From Candidatus Hebobacterum abditum (lineage in GTDB: Bacteria > Armatimonadota > Hebobacteria > Hebobacterales > Hebobacteraceae), in assembly GCA_029821875.1 (NCBI GenBank), contig JALGXW010000027.1, forward strand, positions 6,175 to 70,174: DNA of 64,000 nt, read 5' to 3'. Below, one piece after another: positions 33,759-43,892 of this stretch. Position 1 is the stretch's first letter. Each line of letters starts with the position of its first letter. The notes beneath the pieces were generated by a model that worked only from the letters and a program-made list of their open reading frames with translations, did no database searches and had not been told where the DNA came from. The translations under genes were made by a program, and so were the position numbers.

Positions 33759-35168
33759 CTACTTCGTCCACTCCGTGTGGAAGGTGCCTTCCCTGTCAAC
33801 GCGCTGGTAGGTGTGCGCGCCGAAGTAGTCGCGCTGAGCCTGGATGAGGTTCGCTGGAAGCCTCCCGCGCCGATACGCGTCGAAGTAGGAGAGCGCAGAG
33901 CTGAAGGCTGGAATCGGGTAGCCCAAGTTAGTGGCCGTGACGACGACGTGGCGCCATTTCTCCTGCGACCCCTCTAGCACATCTTCGAAGAAGGGATCCA
34001 GCATCAGGTTGGCCAGACCGGGATTCCGCTCGTAGGCCGCCGTGATGTGGCGGAGGAAGCGAGCTCGGATGATACAGCCGCCCCGCCAGATCTTCGCGAT
34101 CCGGCCGAACTTCAGGTTCCAACCATACTCCTTGCCGGCCTCTCGCATGAGAGCGAATCCCTGCGCGTAGGAGCAGATCTTGGAGGCGTAGAGGGCCTGG
34201 CGGATGGCCTCGATGAACTCGTCCTTGTCGCCGTCGTACGTGCCGCTGGGACCGCTGAGAACCTCGGAGGCTGCGACCCGCTCATCTTTCACGGCCGACA
34301 TGCAGCGGGCAAAGACGGCCTCGGCGATGGTTGGAGCCGCGATGCCGAGGTCGAGCGCGCTCTGGGAGGTCCACTTGCCGGTGCCCTTCTGGCCGGCCCT
34401 GTCGAGGATGATGTCCACCATGGGCTTCCCGGTCTCCTCGTCCTTGCGGGCGAAGATGTCGCGCGTGATCTCTATCAGGTAGGAGTCGAGCTCGCCTTCG
34501 TTCCATCGCGCGAACACGTCGTGCAGGTTCTCCGCCGACAGGCCGAGGGCGTGCGCCATGATGTAGTAGGCCTCGACGATGAGCTGCATGTCGCCGTACT
34601 CTATGCCGTTGTGCACCATCTTCACATAGTGCCCGGCCCCGTCGGGCCCGATGTAGGTGCAGCACGGCTCGGCGTCAACCTGCGCGGCGATTGTCGTAAG
34701 AATGGACTCGACCAGCTGATAGGCTTGCGGCTGGCCGCCGGGCATGATGCTCGGGCCGTGGAGAGCGCCCTCCTCGCCGCCGGAGACGCCCGTGCCGATA
34801 TAGAGGATTCCCTTCTCAGCCAGCATCTTGTTGCGGCGGATGGTGTCCGGAAAGTGAGAGTTGCCGCCGTCGATGATGAGATCGCCCTTGTCGAGGAGCG
34901 GCAGGAGTTGCTCAACGAAGTCGTCCACCGGCTGACCGGCCTTCACCATCAACATGATCTTGCGCGGACGCTTCAGGGCGGCGACAAAGTCCTCGAGCTT
35001 CTCCGGCCCGACGAAGTTCTTGCCCTTGGCGCGTTCCGCCATGAACTCCTGGGTCCGGGCCGTCGTCCGGTTGTAGACGGCCACCGAGAAGCCCTTGCTC
35101 TCGATGTTGAGGGCCAGATTCTGGCCCATGACTGCAAGTCCGATAAGCCCGAAGTCCTGCGCGGCCAT
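33759..35168 (-). CDS. gnd: 6-phosphogluconate dehydrogenase, decarboxylating
   Basis: [19 protein letters not shown] motif and full-length Gnd pattern ([24 protein letters not shown]). Confidence 0.9.
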   Translation of the reverse strand: MAAQDFGLIGLAVMGQNLALNIESKGFSVAVYNRTTARTQEFMAERAKGKNFVGPEKLEDFVAALKRPRKIMLMVKAGQPVDDFVEQLLPLLDKGDLIIDGGNSHFPDTIRRNKMLAEKGILYIGTGVSGGEEGALHGPSIMPGGQPQAYQLVESILTTIAAQVDAEPCCTYIGPDGAGHYVKMVHNGIEYGDMQLIVEAYYIMAHALGLSAENLHDVFARWNEGELDSYLIEITRDIFARKDEETGKPMVDIILDRAGQKGTGKWTSQSALDLGIAAPTIAEAVFARCMSAVKDERVAASEVLSGPSGTYDGDKDEFIEAIRQALYASKICSYAQGFALMREAGKEYGWNLKFGRIAKIWRGGCIIRARFLRHITAAYERNPGLANLMLDPFFEDVLEGSQEKWRHVVVTATNLGYPIPAFSSALSYFDAYRRGRLPANLIQAQRDYFGAHTYQRVDREGTFHTEWTK

Positions 35169-35336
35169 GGTCCTGCTCCTGGTGAACGGCCTTGCCCGGG
35201 CTGGTGGGACGCGAACCTACGCGGCCGGGCTTCACAAGGCTCTTGGACTCGCAGACCCGCTCCTCCTTCTGTGAGGGTCATGCCGCGTCGCGCTCACTTG
35301 ACAGCGCCCACATGACGCTCTAGCATCGACGGCAGA

Positions 35337-35891
35337 GTGAAACGGCCGCCGCAACTGGAGATGGAGCGTTCGTGCTCAGAGGCCCTACCCGAGGTCCGCA
35401 CGGCGACGGGCTACTCGCTTCGCACCTTTCGGCCGGGCGATGAGGCCGCCTGGTGTCGCTTGGTGAACGAGTGCATCGGCGGCGAGTACACGCCGGAGAC
35501 GATGCGTGAGAGTCTCCTGTCACAGCCGTGGCTCGAGGAGCATGATCTCTTCTTTGCGGAGAAGGAGAGGCTGACTATAGGCACCGCCTGTGCACAGCGT
35601 GAGCGTGTCGCACAGGAGCGGATCGGAATGGTACACATGCTCGCGGTCGATCCAGCACATCGTGGCCTAGGCCTTGGTCGGGCCCTGCTTGCGGCCACAC
35701 TGCGCCGACTGAGAGACGTTGGATGCCAAGCAGCAGCCCTGAGCACGGATGATTACCGGTTGAGTGCCATTCACCTCTACCTTCACTTCGGATTCAGGCC
35801 GCACTTCACGCATGACAGCCACGCTCGCCGGTGGCGGGAGGTCTTCGGACGACTTGGGCTGTCTGTGGATGACGTAGCGGGCGCGCGATAG
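35337..35891 (+). CDS. GNAT family N-acetyltransferase
   Basis: Acetyl-CoA motif A HRGLGLGRALL and GNAT fold order. Confidence 0.7.
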   Translation: MKRPPQLEMERSCSEALPEVRTATGYSLRTFRPGDEAAWCRLVNECIGGEYTPETMRESLLSQPWLEEHDLFFAEKERLTIGTACAQRERVAQERIGMVHMLAVDPAHRGLGLGRALLAATLRRLRDVGCQAAALSTDDYRLSAIHLYLHFGFRPHFTHDSHARRWREVFGRLGLSVDDVAGAR

Positions 35892-35934
35892 AATCCAGGC
35901 CAACCAGACAGGCAGAGAGGAGCCATAGGGGCGG

Positions 35935-37281
35935 GTGGCGGAACGCGATTTGAGAACACTGGAAGCGCAGCTCGACAGCTTCGACCCGGCCGAGCGCTCG
36001 AAGGCCTTGAGCGCCTTGCAGGAGGAGATGCGACGGGGGCGCGTCGCGCTGGCCGATCCGGGACCGGACGTCAACCTCCACTGCCACACCTTCTTCTCCT
36101 ACAACACCTATGGCTACTCACCGACGAAGATCGCCTGGCTGGGGCGCAAGTCGGGCTGGGGGGCGGCCGGCATCGCTGACTTCGATGTCTTGGATGGGGC
36201 GGAGGAGTTCCTATCGGCGAGCGCGGCGCTGAACCTAAGGGCCTCCGCCGGCATGGAGACCAGAGTCTACGTCCCGGAGTTCGCCGACTTGGTCATCAAC
36301 TCGCCGGGGGAGCCGGGGATCTCCTATCACATGGGAGTAGGCTTCCCAGCCTCGCAACTTGGAGGGGCTTCTGGCGATTTCATCGAGCGTCTGCGCGGCC
36401 TATCGGAGGACAGGAACCGCGGCCTCGTCGAGCGAGTCAACCGCTATCTCTCGCCCGTATCGCTGGACTACGGCCACGACGTTCTGCCGCTCACGCCCAG
36501 CGGCAACGCAACGGAGCGGCATATCTGCCTGGCCTACGCGCGCAAAGCACGTTGCACCTTCTCGCATAGCTCGGCCCTCGGCCGGTTCTGGGCGGATAAG
36601 CTGGGCACGGAGCCCGATGCGCTTGACCTGCCCGAAGGGCCCGGCCTGCAGTCGCTGATACGGCTGAAGACGATGAAGCGCGGCGGCGTCGGCTACGTGC
36701 AGCCGGATACTGGTTCGTTCCCGAGACTGGAAGAGACGAATCGCTGGATTCTCGGGGCCGGCGGCATCCCCGTCCAGACATGGCTGGACGGCACTTCCGA
36801 CGGCGAACAACGCATGCGGGAGCTGCTGGAAGTCGGAATGAGCACAGGCGTCGCCGCGATCAACGTGATTCCGGACCGAACGTACGGAACGGGCGCCGGC
36901 GACGAGAAACCAGCGAACCTCCGCCGCGTCCTGGACCTAGCGCAGGAGCTGAGCCTGCTCGTCGTCGTGGGGACCGAGATGAACAGCCCTGGCCAGCGGC
37001 TTGTGGACGACTTCGAATCTCCCGAGCTGCGCGACTTCGTGCCTCTGTTCCTCGACAGCGCGCATGCCATCTACGCCCATTCGGTACTCCAGCGGAAGGC
37101 GGAGCTTGGCTACGGCAGCGATTGGGCGAGGCAGCACTTCCCAGACATGACCTCCCAAAAGGGGTTCTTCCAAACGGTAGGCGGCCGTCTTGAGCCGAGA
37201 CTGGAGCATCTGCTTGACGGTCTGCCTCAGGACCCCTCGCCAGCAGATGTCGTAGCACGCGTTGAGGAGGATTCGCCGTGA
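35935..37281 (+). CDS. PHP (polymerase/histidinol-phosphatase) domain metal-dependent phosphoesterase-like protein
   Basis: NLHCHTFFS N-terminal His motif typical of PHP domains. Remainder unassigned. Confidence 0.5.
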   Translation: MAERDLRTLEAQLDSFDPAERSKALSALQEEMRRGRVALADPGPDVNLHCHTFFSYNTYGYSPTKIAWLGRKSGWGAAGIADFDVLDGAEEFLSASAALNLRASAGMETRVYVPEFADLVINSPGEPGISYHMGVGFPASQLGGASGDFIERLRGLSEDRNRGLVERVNRYLSPVSLDYGHDVLPLTPSGNATERHICLAYARKARCTFSHSSALGRFWADKLGTEPDALDLPEGPGLQSLIRLKTMKRGGVGYVQPDTGSFPRLEETNRWILGAGGIPVQTWLDGTSDGEQRMRELLEVGMSTGVAAINVIPDRTYGTGAGDEKPANLRRVLDLAQELSLLVVVGTEMNSPGQRLVDDFESPELRDFVPLFLDSAHAIYAHSVLQRKAELGYGSDWARQHFPDMTSQKGFFQTVGGRLEPRLEHLLDGLPQDPSPADVVARVEEDSP

Positions 37282-37306
37282 GCCGTCTCCGCGGGCGTGT
37301 GCCGTG

Positions 37307-38974
37307 ATGGAAACCTTGCCCCGCGTCCAGCGTGCCGTGGAGCTCGTAGGCCCCGGTGAGCTTCGGCTGAACGCCGAGAAGCCCGTGCACCCCCCCGGGC
37401 CTCATCAGGTGCTCTGCCGCGTGGAGGCGGTCGGCCTCTGCTTCTCAGACCTCAAACTGGTGAAGCAGTTTTCGGATCACCCGCGCAAATCTGAGGTCAC
37501 TGGCGGCATCGACAGGCGGGCGCTAGCCGAGATCCCCAGCTACGTCCCGGGAAAGCGGTCCACGGTCCCGGGCCACGAGGCCGTCGTCCGGGTCGCTGCC
37601 GTCGGGGATGGAGTTACGACATTCCGTCCGGGCCGGCGCTATCTGGTGCAGACCGACTACAGGTGGCTTCCCACCGCGGGCGCGAACGCCGCCCTCGGCT
37701 ACAACTTCGAGGGGGCCCTTCAAGAGTACGTGTTGATGGACGAGCGCGTGATCACTTCCCCCGAGGGGGAGAGCATGCTCATTCCGGCCCCCGAGGACCT
37801 GTCTGCGTCGGCCATTGCTCTCGTCGAGCCCTGGGCATGTGTTGAGGCCGCCTACTCCGTTCAGGAGCGCCAGCGGCTGACGGAGGGCGGCAGGCTCCTC
37901 GTTGTCACTGACGTGGCGCTGCCGAACGGCGGAGTCTCCGGCCTTGTCCCGCGCCTGGGCAGGCCGTCCGAAGTCCTCTGGATCGGGCCGGCAGCCGAGC
38001 CGCCCCTTCCAGGCATCGCTGCATCTCGCGTGTCATCGCTGTCCGAGGTGAGCGAGGCGAGCTGCGATGATGTCGTCTACTTCGGGCACAGCGAGGACGC
38101 TGTCGAGAAGCTGTTCCCGCTCCTCGCGCCACACGGTCTCCTCAACATCGTCCTCTGTGGCGGGAGATTCCTGCGCCACGTCGCCGTGGCCGTGGGGCGA
38201 GTGCATTACGCCGGCATCCGTCTGGTCGGGACAGGGGGCTCTGATGCCGCCGCGTCGATGGCGACAGTCCCCCACTCCGGCGAAACACGCGAGGGTGCCC
38301 GCGTTCACGTCGTTGGCGCTGGCGGGCCTATGGGCGCGATGCACGTAATCAGGGCCCTCTCCTCGCGGATCCCGGGGCTGGACATCGCAGCGAGCGACAT
38401 CGACCGCGACCGGCTCTCCAGTCTCACCCGGGTCGCCGCGCCGCTGGCTGCGGCGAACGGGCATTCCTTCTGCGCCTACAACGTGAAGGAGAAGGCCCCG
38501 CCAGGGATCTTCGACTACCTGGCCATCATGGTCCCGAGCCCGGGCCTCGTGACCGAAGCGGTCGAGCAGGCTGCCGTGGGTGCAGTCATCAACGTCTTCG
38601 CCGGCATCCCGGCCGATGTGAACGCGAACCTCGACCTCAACGCTTACATCGAGAAAGGATGCTATCTCATCGGCACGAGTGGGTCGGCGCTGGAAGATAT
38701 GAACACCGTGCTGGCGAAGGTGGAAGCAGGCGTCCTCAATACGAATCTGTCGGTAGCTGCCGTGGGAGGCATGGAGGCCGCCATCGACGGGCTTCAGGCC
38801 GTGGCGGAGCGGAAGGTCGGAGGGAAAGTGGTAATCTATCCGTCCTGTCGCGGGCTGCGCCTGAGAAGTCTCGACGAGCTGGAGGCAGACCTGCCGGAGG
38901 TCGCGGCCCTGCTGCATGACGGCGTCTGGAGCCACGAAGCAGAAACGGCGTTGCTGGAGAGATATGGCGCGTAG
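37307..38974 (+). CDS. Zinc-type alcohol dehydrogenase (MDR) family protein with extra C-terminal Rossmann domain
   Basis: GroES-like N-domain (VLCRVEAVGLCFSDLKL, PGHEAVVRV) and VHVVGAGGPMGAMHV dinucleotide motif. Confidence 0.55.
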   Translation: METLPRVQRAVELVGPGELRLNAEKPVHPPGPHQVLCRVEAVGLCFSDLKLVKQFSDHPRKSEVTGGIDRRALAEIPSYVPGKRSTVPGHEAVVRVAAVGDGVTTFRPGRRYLVQTDYRWLPTAGANAALGYNFEGALQEYVLMDERVITSPEGESMLIPAPEDLSASAIALVEPWACVEAAYSVQERQRLTEGGRLLVVTDVALPNGGVSGLVPRLGRPSEVLWIGPAAEPPLPGIAASRVSSLSEVSEASCDDVVYFGHSEDAVEKLFPLLAPHGLLNIVLCGGRFLRHVAVAVGRVHYAGIRLVGTGGSDAAASMATVPHSGETREGARVHVVGAGGPMGAMHVIRALSSRIPGLDIAASDIDRDRLSSLTRVAAPLAAANGHSFCAYNVKEKAPPGIFDYLAIMVPSPGLVTEAVEQAAVGAVINVFAGIPADVNANLDLNAYIEKGCYLIGTSGSALEDMNTVLAKVEAGVLNTNLSVAAVGGMEAAIDGLQAVAERKVGGKVVIYPSCRGLRLRSLDELEADLPEVAALLHDGVWSHEAETALLERYGA

Positions 38975-40850
38975 CGGGAGCAGAAGCAGAAAGAGGCAGT
39001 CGGATCAAGTGCTCGCCAACTTGATCCACATCTGCGCGGCACTTGGCAAGGAGCTGTCCGTCGCCACGAGGCGACACGCTGTGGTCTCGGTGAAGAGCCC
39101 TGGCGGGGACGAGATGCTCGTGACCGAGGCCGGTTGCGATCTCCTCGAGGTGGATGACAAGCGCGGGTGGGCGCGCGTGTGCCTCTCCTCGGCCGCGCGG
39201 GGTGCTATGGCTTCCCGCGACGGCGGCGCGCAGGTGTCCGCTGAGTGGCCCGCGCACGCCTTGCTGGGCCGCTGTGTCGCCCAGATCTGTCCGCCCGCAG
39301 TTGGGGGTTACGTGTGCTCAAAGGGGGGCGAGGCGGCCCTCAGCAAGATCTTCTCCGGCGAGAAGCGCCCGCGGGCGTGGGTGCCATATGCCGATCCCGG
39401 CGAGCAGCTTGCGCGCCGGATCGAACGTGTCATCGCGCAGCACCAAGCTGCCCACGAATGGAAGCCGACAGCTTTCTTCGTGGCGAAGCGGGGGCTCCTG
39501 GTGTCGGCTGACACGCCGAGACGTCTGCTCTCGTCAGTCCGTCGCCTCATCTCAGAGTGTGAGGCGGGGCTGCCCAAACCAGGCGGGGCGCCCCTCTCAC
39601 TTTCGCCCGAGGCTGTGGCGGGGGCGAAGCTGGCTGTTCGCCGCGCCGTGTTCCGTTCGCTGGGAGAGCATGTCCTCGTCGAGCACTCGGTCAGCCCAGC
39701 GGTGGCGTGGTATCTGCGGCGCAGAGATGCCAAGGAGCTCGTCCGCCCAGCCGCGGTGAACGAGATCGAGCTGGTGTACGCGGGCGGGGGCCCCACCTGG
39801 CTCGAACAGGCCGCTGGGAAGTCGGTTGAGGCGAAGCTGAGCCGGGCGAAGAATCGGGGCGAGCGGGCCGGGAGCTTGCTGGTCAAAGGGCTCGGGCTGT
39901 TCATCGCCGGCCAGGGAAGTGACCTCGGGGCGGCTCGAGAGGCGACCGAGACGTCTCTTCTGACACGCGCCTACGCCGCCGGTCTCGGCGGGGTCAATCC
40001 GCTCACGCAGCGCCAGCGGAGCGTCCTGGCGTCTGCACGGCCGGACACGCGAGCGGAGCTGGCCGGCCGCATCGCGGTCGTCACCGGGGCCGGCAGCGGC
40101 CTCGGCCGCAGCATCGCCACCGGCCTTGCCAAGGCGGGCGCCGCGGTGGCTCTGCTCGACCTGGACTTGCCGTCGGCGCGGAAGAGCGAGGAGCTTATCC
40201 GACAGCGAGTGCCAGACGCGGCGGCCAGCGCCATCCGGTGCGACGTGACCGATGAGCGAGAGGTGGAACGGGCTTGCGATTCCGTGCTCGACGCCTGGGG
40301 CGGCCTCGACATCCTGGTCAATGCCGCAGGCATCGCCCCGTCCTACCCGCTTGTCGACCTATCGCCCGACAAGTGGCGTGCGGCGCTAGAGGTCAACTTG
40401 ACAGGCTACTTCCTCATGGCTCAGGCCGCCGCGCGCATCATGATACGGCAGGGCATTGGCGGCAGCATCATCAACCTGAGTTCGAAGTCGGGACTTGAAG
40501 CAAGCAGAGATAACACGGCCTACAACGCGACGAAGGCAGGCGAGATCCACATGGCCCGGGGCTGGGCGGTGGAGCTCGGCGATCACGGCATCCGTGTTAA
40601 CTCGGTGGCGCCGGGTAACGTGTTCGAGGGATCGAAGATCTGGAATCCCGAGTACATACGATCGTGCGCCAAGAAGTACGGCATCAAGCCTGAAGAGGTC
40701 ATTCCCTACTACATCGATAAGACGGCGCTCAAGCGCGACATCAAGGGCACAGATGTGGCCGACGCAGTCGTCTTCCTCTGCTCGGAAAGGGCCCGTAGCA
40801 TCACCGGTCAGACACTGGTCGTCGACAGCGGACAGGTGATGGTCCGCTAG
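38964..40850 (+). CDS. Bifunctional class II aldolase/adducin-domain + SDR protein (rhamnulose-1-phosphate aldolase/alcohol dehydrogenase-type fusion)
   Basis: C-terminal SDR (VVTGAGSGLGRSIA, YNATKAG) fused to ~400-aa N-terminal aldolase-like region. ATG 38964 preceded by GGAGAG. Confidence 0.65.
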   Translation: MARSGSRSRKRQSDQVLANLIHICAALGKELSVATRRHAVVSVKSPGGDEMLVTEAGCDLLEVDDKRGWARVCLSSAARGAMASRDGGAQVSAEWPAHALLGRCVAQICPPAVGGYVCSKGGEAALSKIFSGEKRPRAWVPYADPGEQLARRIERVIAQHQAAHEWKPTAFFVAKRGLLVSADTPRRLLSSVRRLISECEAGLPKPGGAPLSLSPEAVAGAKLAVRRAVFRSLGEHVLVEHSVSPAVAWYLRRRDAKELVRPAAVNEIELVYAGGGPTWLEQAAGKSVEAKLSRAKNRGERAGSLLVKGLGLFIAGQGSDLGAAREATETSLLTRAYAAGLGGVNPLTQRQRSVLASARPDTRAELAGRIAVVTGAGSGLGRSIATGLAKAGAAVALLDLDLPSARKSEELIRQRVPDAAASAIRCDVTDEREVERACDSVLDAWGGLDILVNAAGIAPSYPLVDLSPDKWRAALEVNLTGYFLMAQAAARIMIRQGIGGSIINLSSKSGLEASRDNTAYNATKAGEIHMARGWAVELGDHGIRVNSVAPGNVFEGSKIWNPEYIRSCAKKYGIKPEEVIPYYIDKTALKRDIKGTDVADAVVFLCSERARSITGQTLVVDSGQVMVR

Positions 40851-40874
40851 GGACCGGGAGGACCACTGCTGACC

Positions 40875-41714
40875 ATGGCTGAGGGTGAACTGACTGTCAC
40901 GCGAGAGAGGATTGCTCACGATCTCTCCGCTATCGGATTGCACACGGGAGACGTGGTCTTCTTCCACAGCTCGCTGAGAAGTCTCGGATGGGTCGAAGGC
41001 GGTCCCGACGCAGTGATAGACGCGTTCCTCGATGTTGTGGGAGCAGATGGCCTGGTCGTGGTCCCGACGCTGACCTTCACCTTCGCGAACGAGGTGCACG
41101 CCTATGCCTTCGACCCGAAGGAGACACCCTCCCGCGTCGGCGCGATCAGCGACCGCCTTTGGCGCCGGCCGAATGCCCACCGGAGTGCCCATCCGACACA
41201 CTGCATAGCGGCCATCGGGAGGCGAGCGGCCGAGCTGGTCGAGGGCCACGACAGGACATCGACCTTCGGCAAGGAGGGCCCCTATGGGCGGTACGTCGCC
41301 TGGGGTGCGAAGATACTGTTCCTGGGCGTCACCAATCGAAGCAATACGACGCTCCACGCGGTGGAGGATTGGCTCGACATGCCCTACCTCCAGACGGATC
41401 GGGCGTTGGCGAAGGGACCTGACGGCCGGCCTCTTGTCGTCGAGGTGACAAAGTCCCCGAGCGGCGATCGGGACTTCTACTCAAAGGACTCGAAGGTGGA
41501 GCGCCTCCTGGAGCGGAGTGGGATCATCCGCCGGGGGAAGGTAGGCGCGGCCGATAGCCTGTGGATGCCCTCGCAGGAGATGGTCGACGTGGTGGTGAAG
41601 GGCATCTACGAGGAGCCGACGCTGCTGCTGTGCGACGATGAAGGCTGCACCTTCTGCAGCAAGTACCGCCAGCCGACCATCGACCACATCAGAGACAATC
41701 GGCCCCAGATCTGA
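40875..41714 (+). CDS. Aminoglycoside N3-acetyltransferase (AAC(3)) family protein
   Basis: HSSLRSLGWVEGGPDAVIDA...VVVPTLTF matches the Antibiotic_NAT (AAC(3)) N-terminal signature. Confidence 0.65.
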   Translation: MAEGELTVTRERIAHDLSAIGLHTGDVVFFHSSLRSLGWVEGGPDAVIDAFLDVVGADGLVVVPTLTFTFANEVHAYAFDPKETPSRVGAISDRLWRRPNAHRSAHPTHCIAAIGRRAAELVEGHDRTSTFGKEGPYGRYVAWGAKILFLGVTNRSNTTLHAVEDWLDMPYLQTDRALAKGPDGRPLVVEVTKSPSGDRDFYSKDSKVERLLERSGIIRRGKVGAADSLWMPSQEMVDVVVKGIYEEPTLLLCDDEGCTFCSKYRQPTIDHIRDNRPQI

Positions 41715-41733
41715 ATCCGGGAGACAGCTCCTG

Positions 41734-42504
41734 ATGTCCGTTCTCGATCTCTTCCGACTCGATGGCCGCGTCGCGCTTGTGACCGGCGGCAATCGCGGCC
41801 TTGGCCGCGCGATTGCGCAGGCCTTGGCCGAGGCCGGCGCGTCGGTCGCAGTCACAAGCCGCGATGCCGAGCGCGCCCGATCCGCAGCAGGGGAGATAGA
41901 GAAGGAGACAGGAGCGAAGACTCTCGGCCTTGCCCTCGATGTGCGCGATGGCGCCCAGGTTGACGTTGCGATCCAGCAAGTGCTGACAGACCTGGGGGGG
42001 CTCCACATCCTCGTGAACAATGCTGGAATCAATATCCGCGAGAGCATCTTCGATCTGAAGGACGAGAGCTGGGAGACCGTCGTCGAGACCAACCTCGTCG
42101 GCGCCATGAGATGCAGCCGGGCCGTGGCCGGCCACATGAAAGATAAGGGCTGGGGCCGGATCATCAACATGGGGTCCATCCTCAGCTTCGTGGGGATAGC
42201 GGAGCGCGCCGCTTATGCCTCGTCGAAGGCCGGGCTTCTGGGGCTGACCCGAGCGATGGCCCTCGACCTCGCGCCCTATGGTGTGACGGTGAACGCGCTC
42301 TGCCCGGGGGTCTTCAAGACCGAGATCAACCGGCCCATCCTGGACGATCCGGACTACCTCGCTCGCTTTCTCCAGCAGGTCCCTCTCGGCCAGCTCGGCG
42401 AGCCGGCCCAACTCAAAGGGGCCGCGCTGTTTCTCGCCTCCGAGGCGAGCTCCTACGTGACCGGGGTGGCGCTGATGGTGGACGGTGGGTGGACGGTGAA
42501 GTAA
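41734..42504 (+). CDS. SDR family oxidoreductase (gluconate-5-dehydrogenase / KduD-like)
   Basis: VTGGNRGLGRAIA, NNAG, YASSKAG catalytic triad region. Confidence 0.8.
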   Translation: MSVLDLFRLDGRVALVTGGNRGLGRAIAQALAEAGASVAVTSRDAERARSAAGEIEKETGAKTLGLALDVRDGAQVDVAIQQVLTDLGGLHILVNNAGINIRESIFDLKDESWETVVETNLVGAMRCSRAVAGHMKDKGWGRIINMGSILSFVGIAERAAYASSKAGLLGLTRAMALDLAPYGVTVNALCPGVFKTEINRPILDDPDYLARFLQQVPLGQLGEPAQLKGAALFLASEASSYVTGVALMVDGGWTVK

Positions 42505-42518
42505 GGCGAGGAGGTCGG

Positions 42519-43889
42519 CTACTGGTCGTATAGCTTCTCGATCTGCCGCTCGGCCCGCGCCAGGGCTTCTTCTGCGGAGATGTCCTCGTCCAGGTACTTC
42601 TGGAACTCGATTCCCACGATATCGCGGACGCGATTCCACCTCAGCGGATCGGGCACACAGTAGCCGAGCTCGACCGTCGGCCGCAGCGACAACATCCAGT
42701 CTGGCACGCGGTAGGAGCCGTCAACTAGCTCCCGCAGTCCCGCGATTGTCGGTGGCACGGGCTCCGGGTCGTAGCCGGAGGTCTGGCGATCATAGATATG
42801 CTTGATGGTCGACATCTTGCCAGCCTTGACGATGCCGGGCTGTAGATCGAAGCAGATCGCCTCGAGCAGCACCTGCGCGGCCTCGCGGGGGACTGGCGAC
42901 GCCTTCGGTATCACGCCGATGTAGTGCGCGATGAGGGAGCCGACCTCCCTGCTGCCGGGGCACGGGCCGATCCCTATCCGCTTCTCACCCTCCTCCATCC
43001 CTTTGATCGCCCAGAACCCGCGGGACTGCCAGTTCGGGAACAGCACGGCGATCTTCGCCCGGAAGTCGTCGGCCGCCTGATAGGGTGTGAGCGCGCCCGC
43101 CGGCATCAGGCCTTCTTCGTACCAACGCTTCAGCGTCTCGAAGGTCGCAACCGCCTCGGGGCTGGCGACATCGAGCCGGCCATTCGCGTCCTCTATGGTC
43201 CCGGCGATGGTCCGGAGAAGCGGCACGTACGCGTTCTGGGTGAAGAAGTTCATGGACAGGTCGAAGGTCATGCCGTACTGCTGCGCGGCCGGGTCGCGGA
43301 GCTCGCGGCAGATCTGCTCGAACTCCTCCCAGGTGTTGGGCAGGTCGTCCGTGGAGAGACCTCTCTCCGCCAGCACGTCTTTCCTGTAGTTGAGAGCGTG
43401 GATCTCGCCCATGAAGGGAAGGCCGTAGACGTGCTCCTCTCCTGTCCGCGGGTCCTCGAGTCGGCAGTTTTCGAGATACCCGGGCAGGAACTCATCCAGC
43501 AAGCCGGCCTCGAGTTCGGGTGCGAGGTGCTGTTCGAGCGGCTCGAGGAATCCACCCTCCACGTTCTGAACAATCGACATGCTGTTGACGAGCAGAAGCA
43601 GGTCGAAGGGAGTTGTGTTTGCCCGCCAGGGGAGCATTAACGTGATCTCGTTCCCCTCTGGCATGATGCGAAGGTCGATGTCGATCTCCGGGTGGCGGGC
43701 CTCGAAGGCCTCAATGGCACGTTCGAGATCTCTGTCCGGGTCCTGGAACTCCGAATACTGCCAGGAGGCGACGAGCACGCGCACCTTCGTGACACCGCCC
43801 TGATGAGGAGCATACGCGTTCAGGCGTCGCTCGGCGATGAAGCCGACTGCGGCCAGGCCCACCAGCCCCAATGCAATCCACTTCTGCAT
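42519..43889 (-). CDS. Carbohydrate ABC transporter substrate-binding protein (family 1 SBP)
   Basis: Signal peptide/anchor MQKWIALGLVGLAAVGF, SBP_bac_1-like length and pattern. Confidence 0.8.
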   Translation of the reverse strand: MQKWIALGLVGLAAVGFIAERRLNAYAPHQGGVTKVRVLVASWQYSEFQDPDRDLERAIEAFEARHPEIDIDLRIMPEGNEITLMLPWRANTTPFDLLLLVNSMSIVQNVEGGFLEPLEQHLAPELEAGLLDEFLPGYLENCRLEDPRTGEEHVYGLPFMGEIHALNYRKDVLAERGLSTDDLPNTWEEFEQICRELRDPAAQQYGMTFDLSMNFFTQNAYVPLLRTIAGTIEDANGRLDVASPEAVATFETLKRWYEEGLMPAGALTPYQAADDFRAKIAVLFPNWQSRGFWAIKGMEEGEKRIGIGPCPGSREVGSLIAHYIGVIPKASPVPREAAQVLLEAICFDLQPGIVKAGKMSTIKHIYDRQTSGYDPEPVPPTIAGLRELVDGSYRVPDWMLSLRPTVELGYCVPDPLRWNRVRDIVGIEFQKYLDEDISAEEALARAERQIEKLYDQ

Positions 43890-43892
43890 TGG

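Noticed and set aside
38033-41357. Minus-strand ORFs 38033-38935 and 40386-41357
   Set aside because: Antisense to the MDR dehydrogenase and RhaD-SDR/AAC(3) genes, which have conserved motifs on the plus strand.
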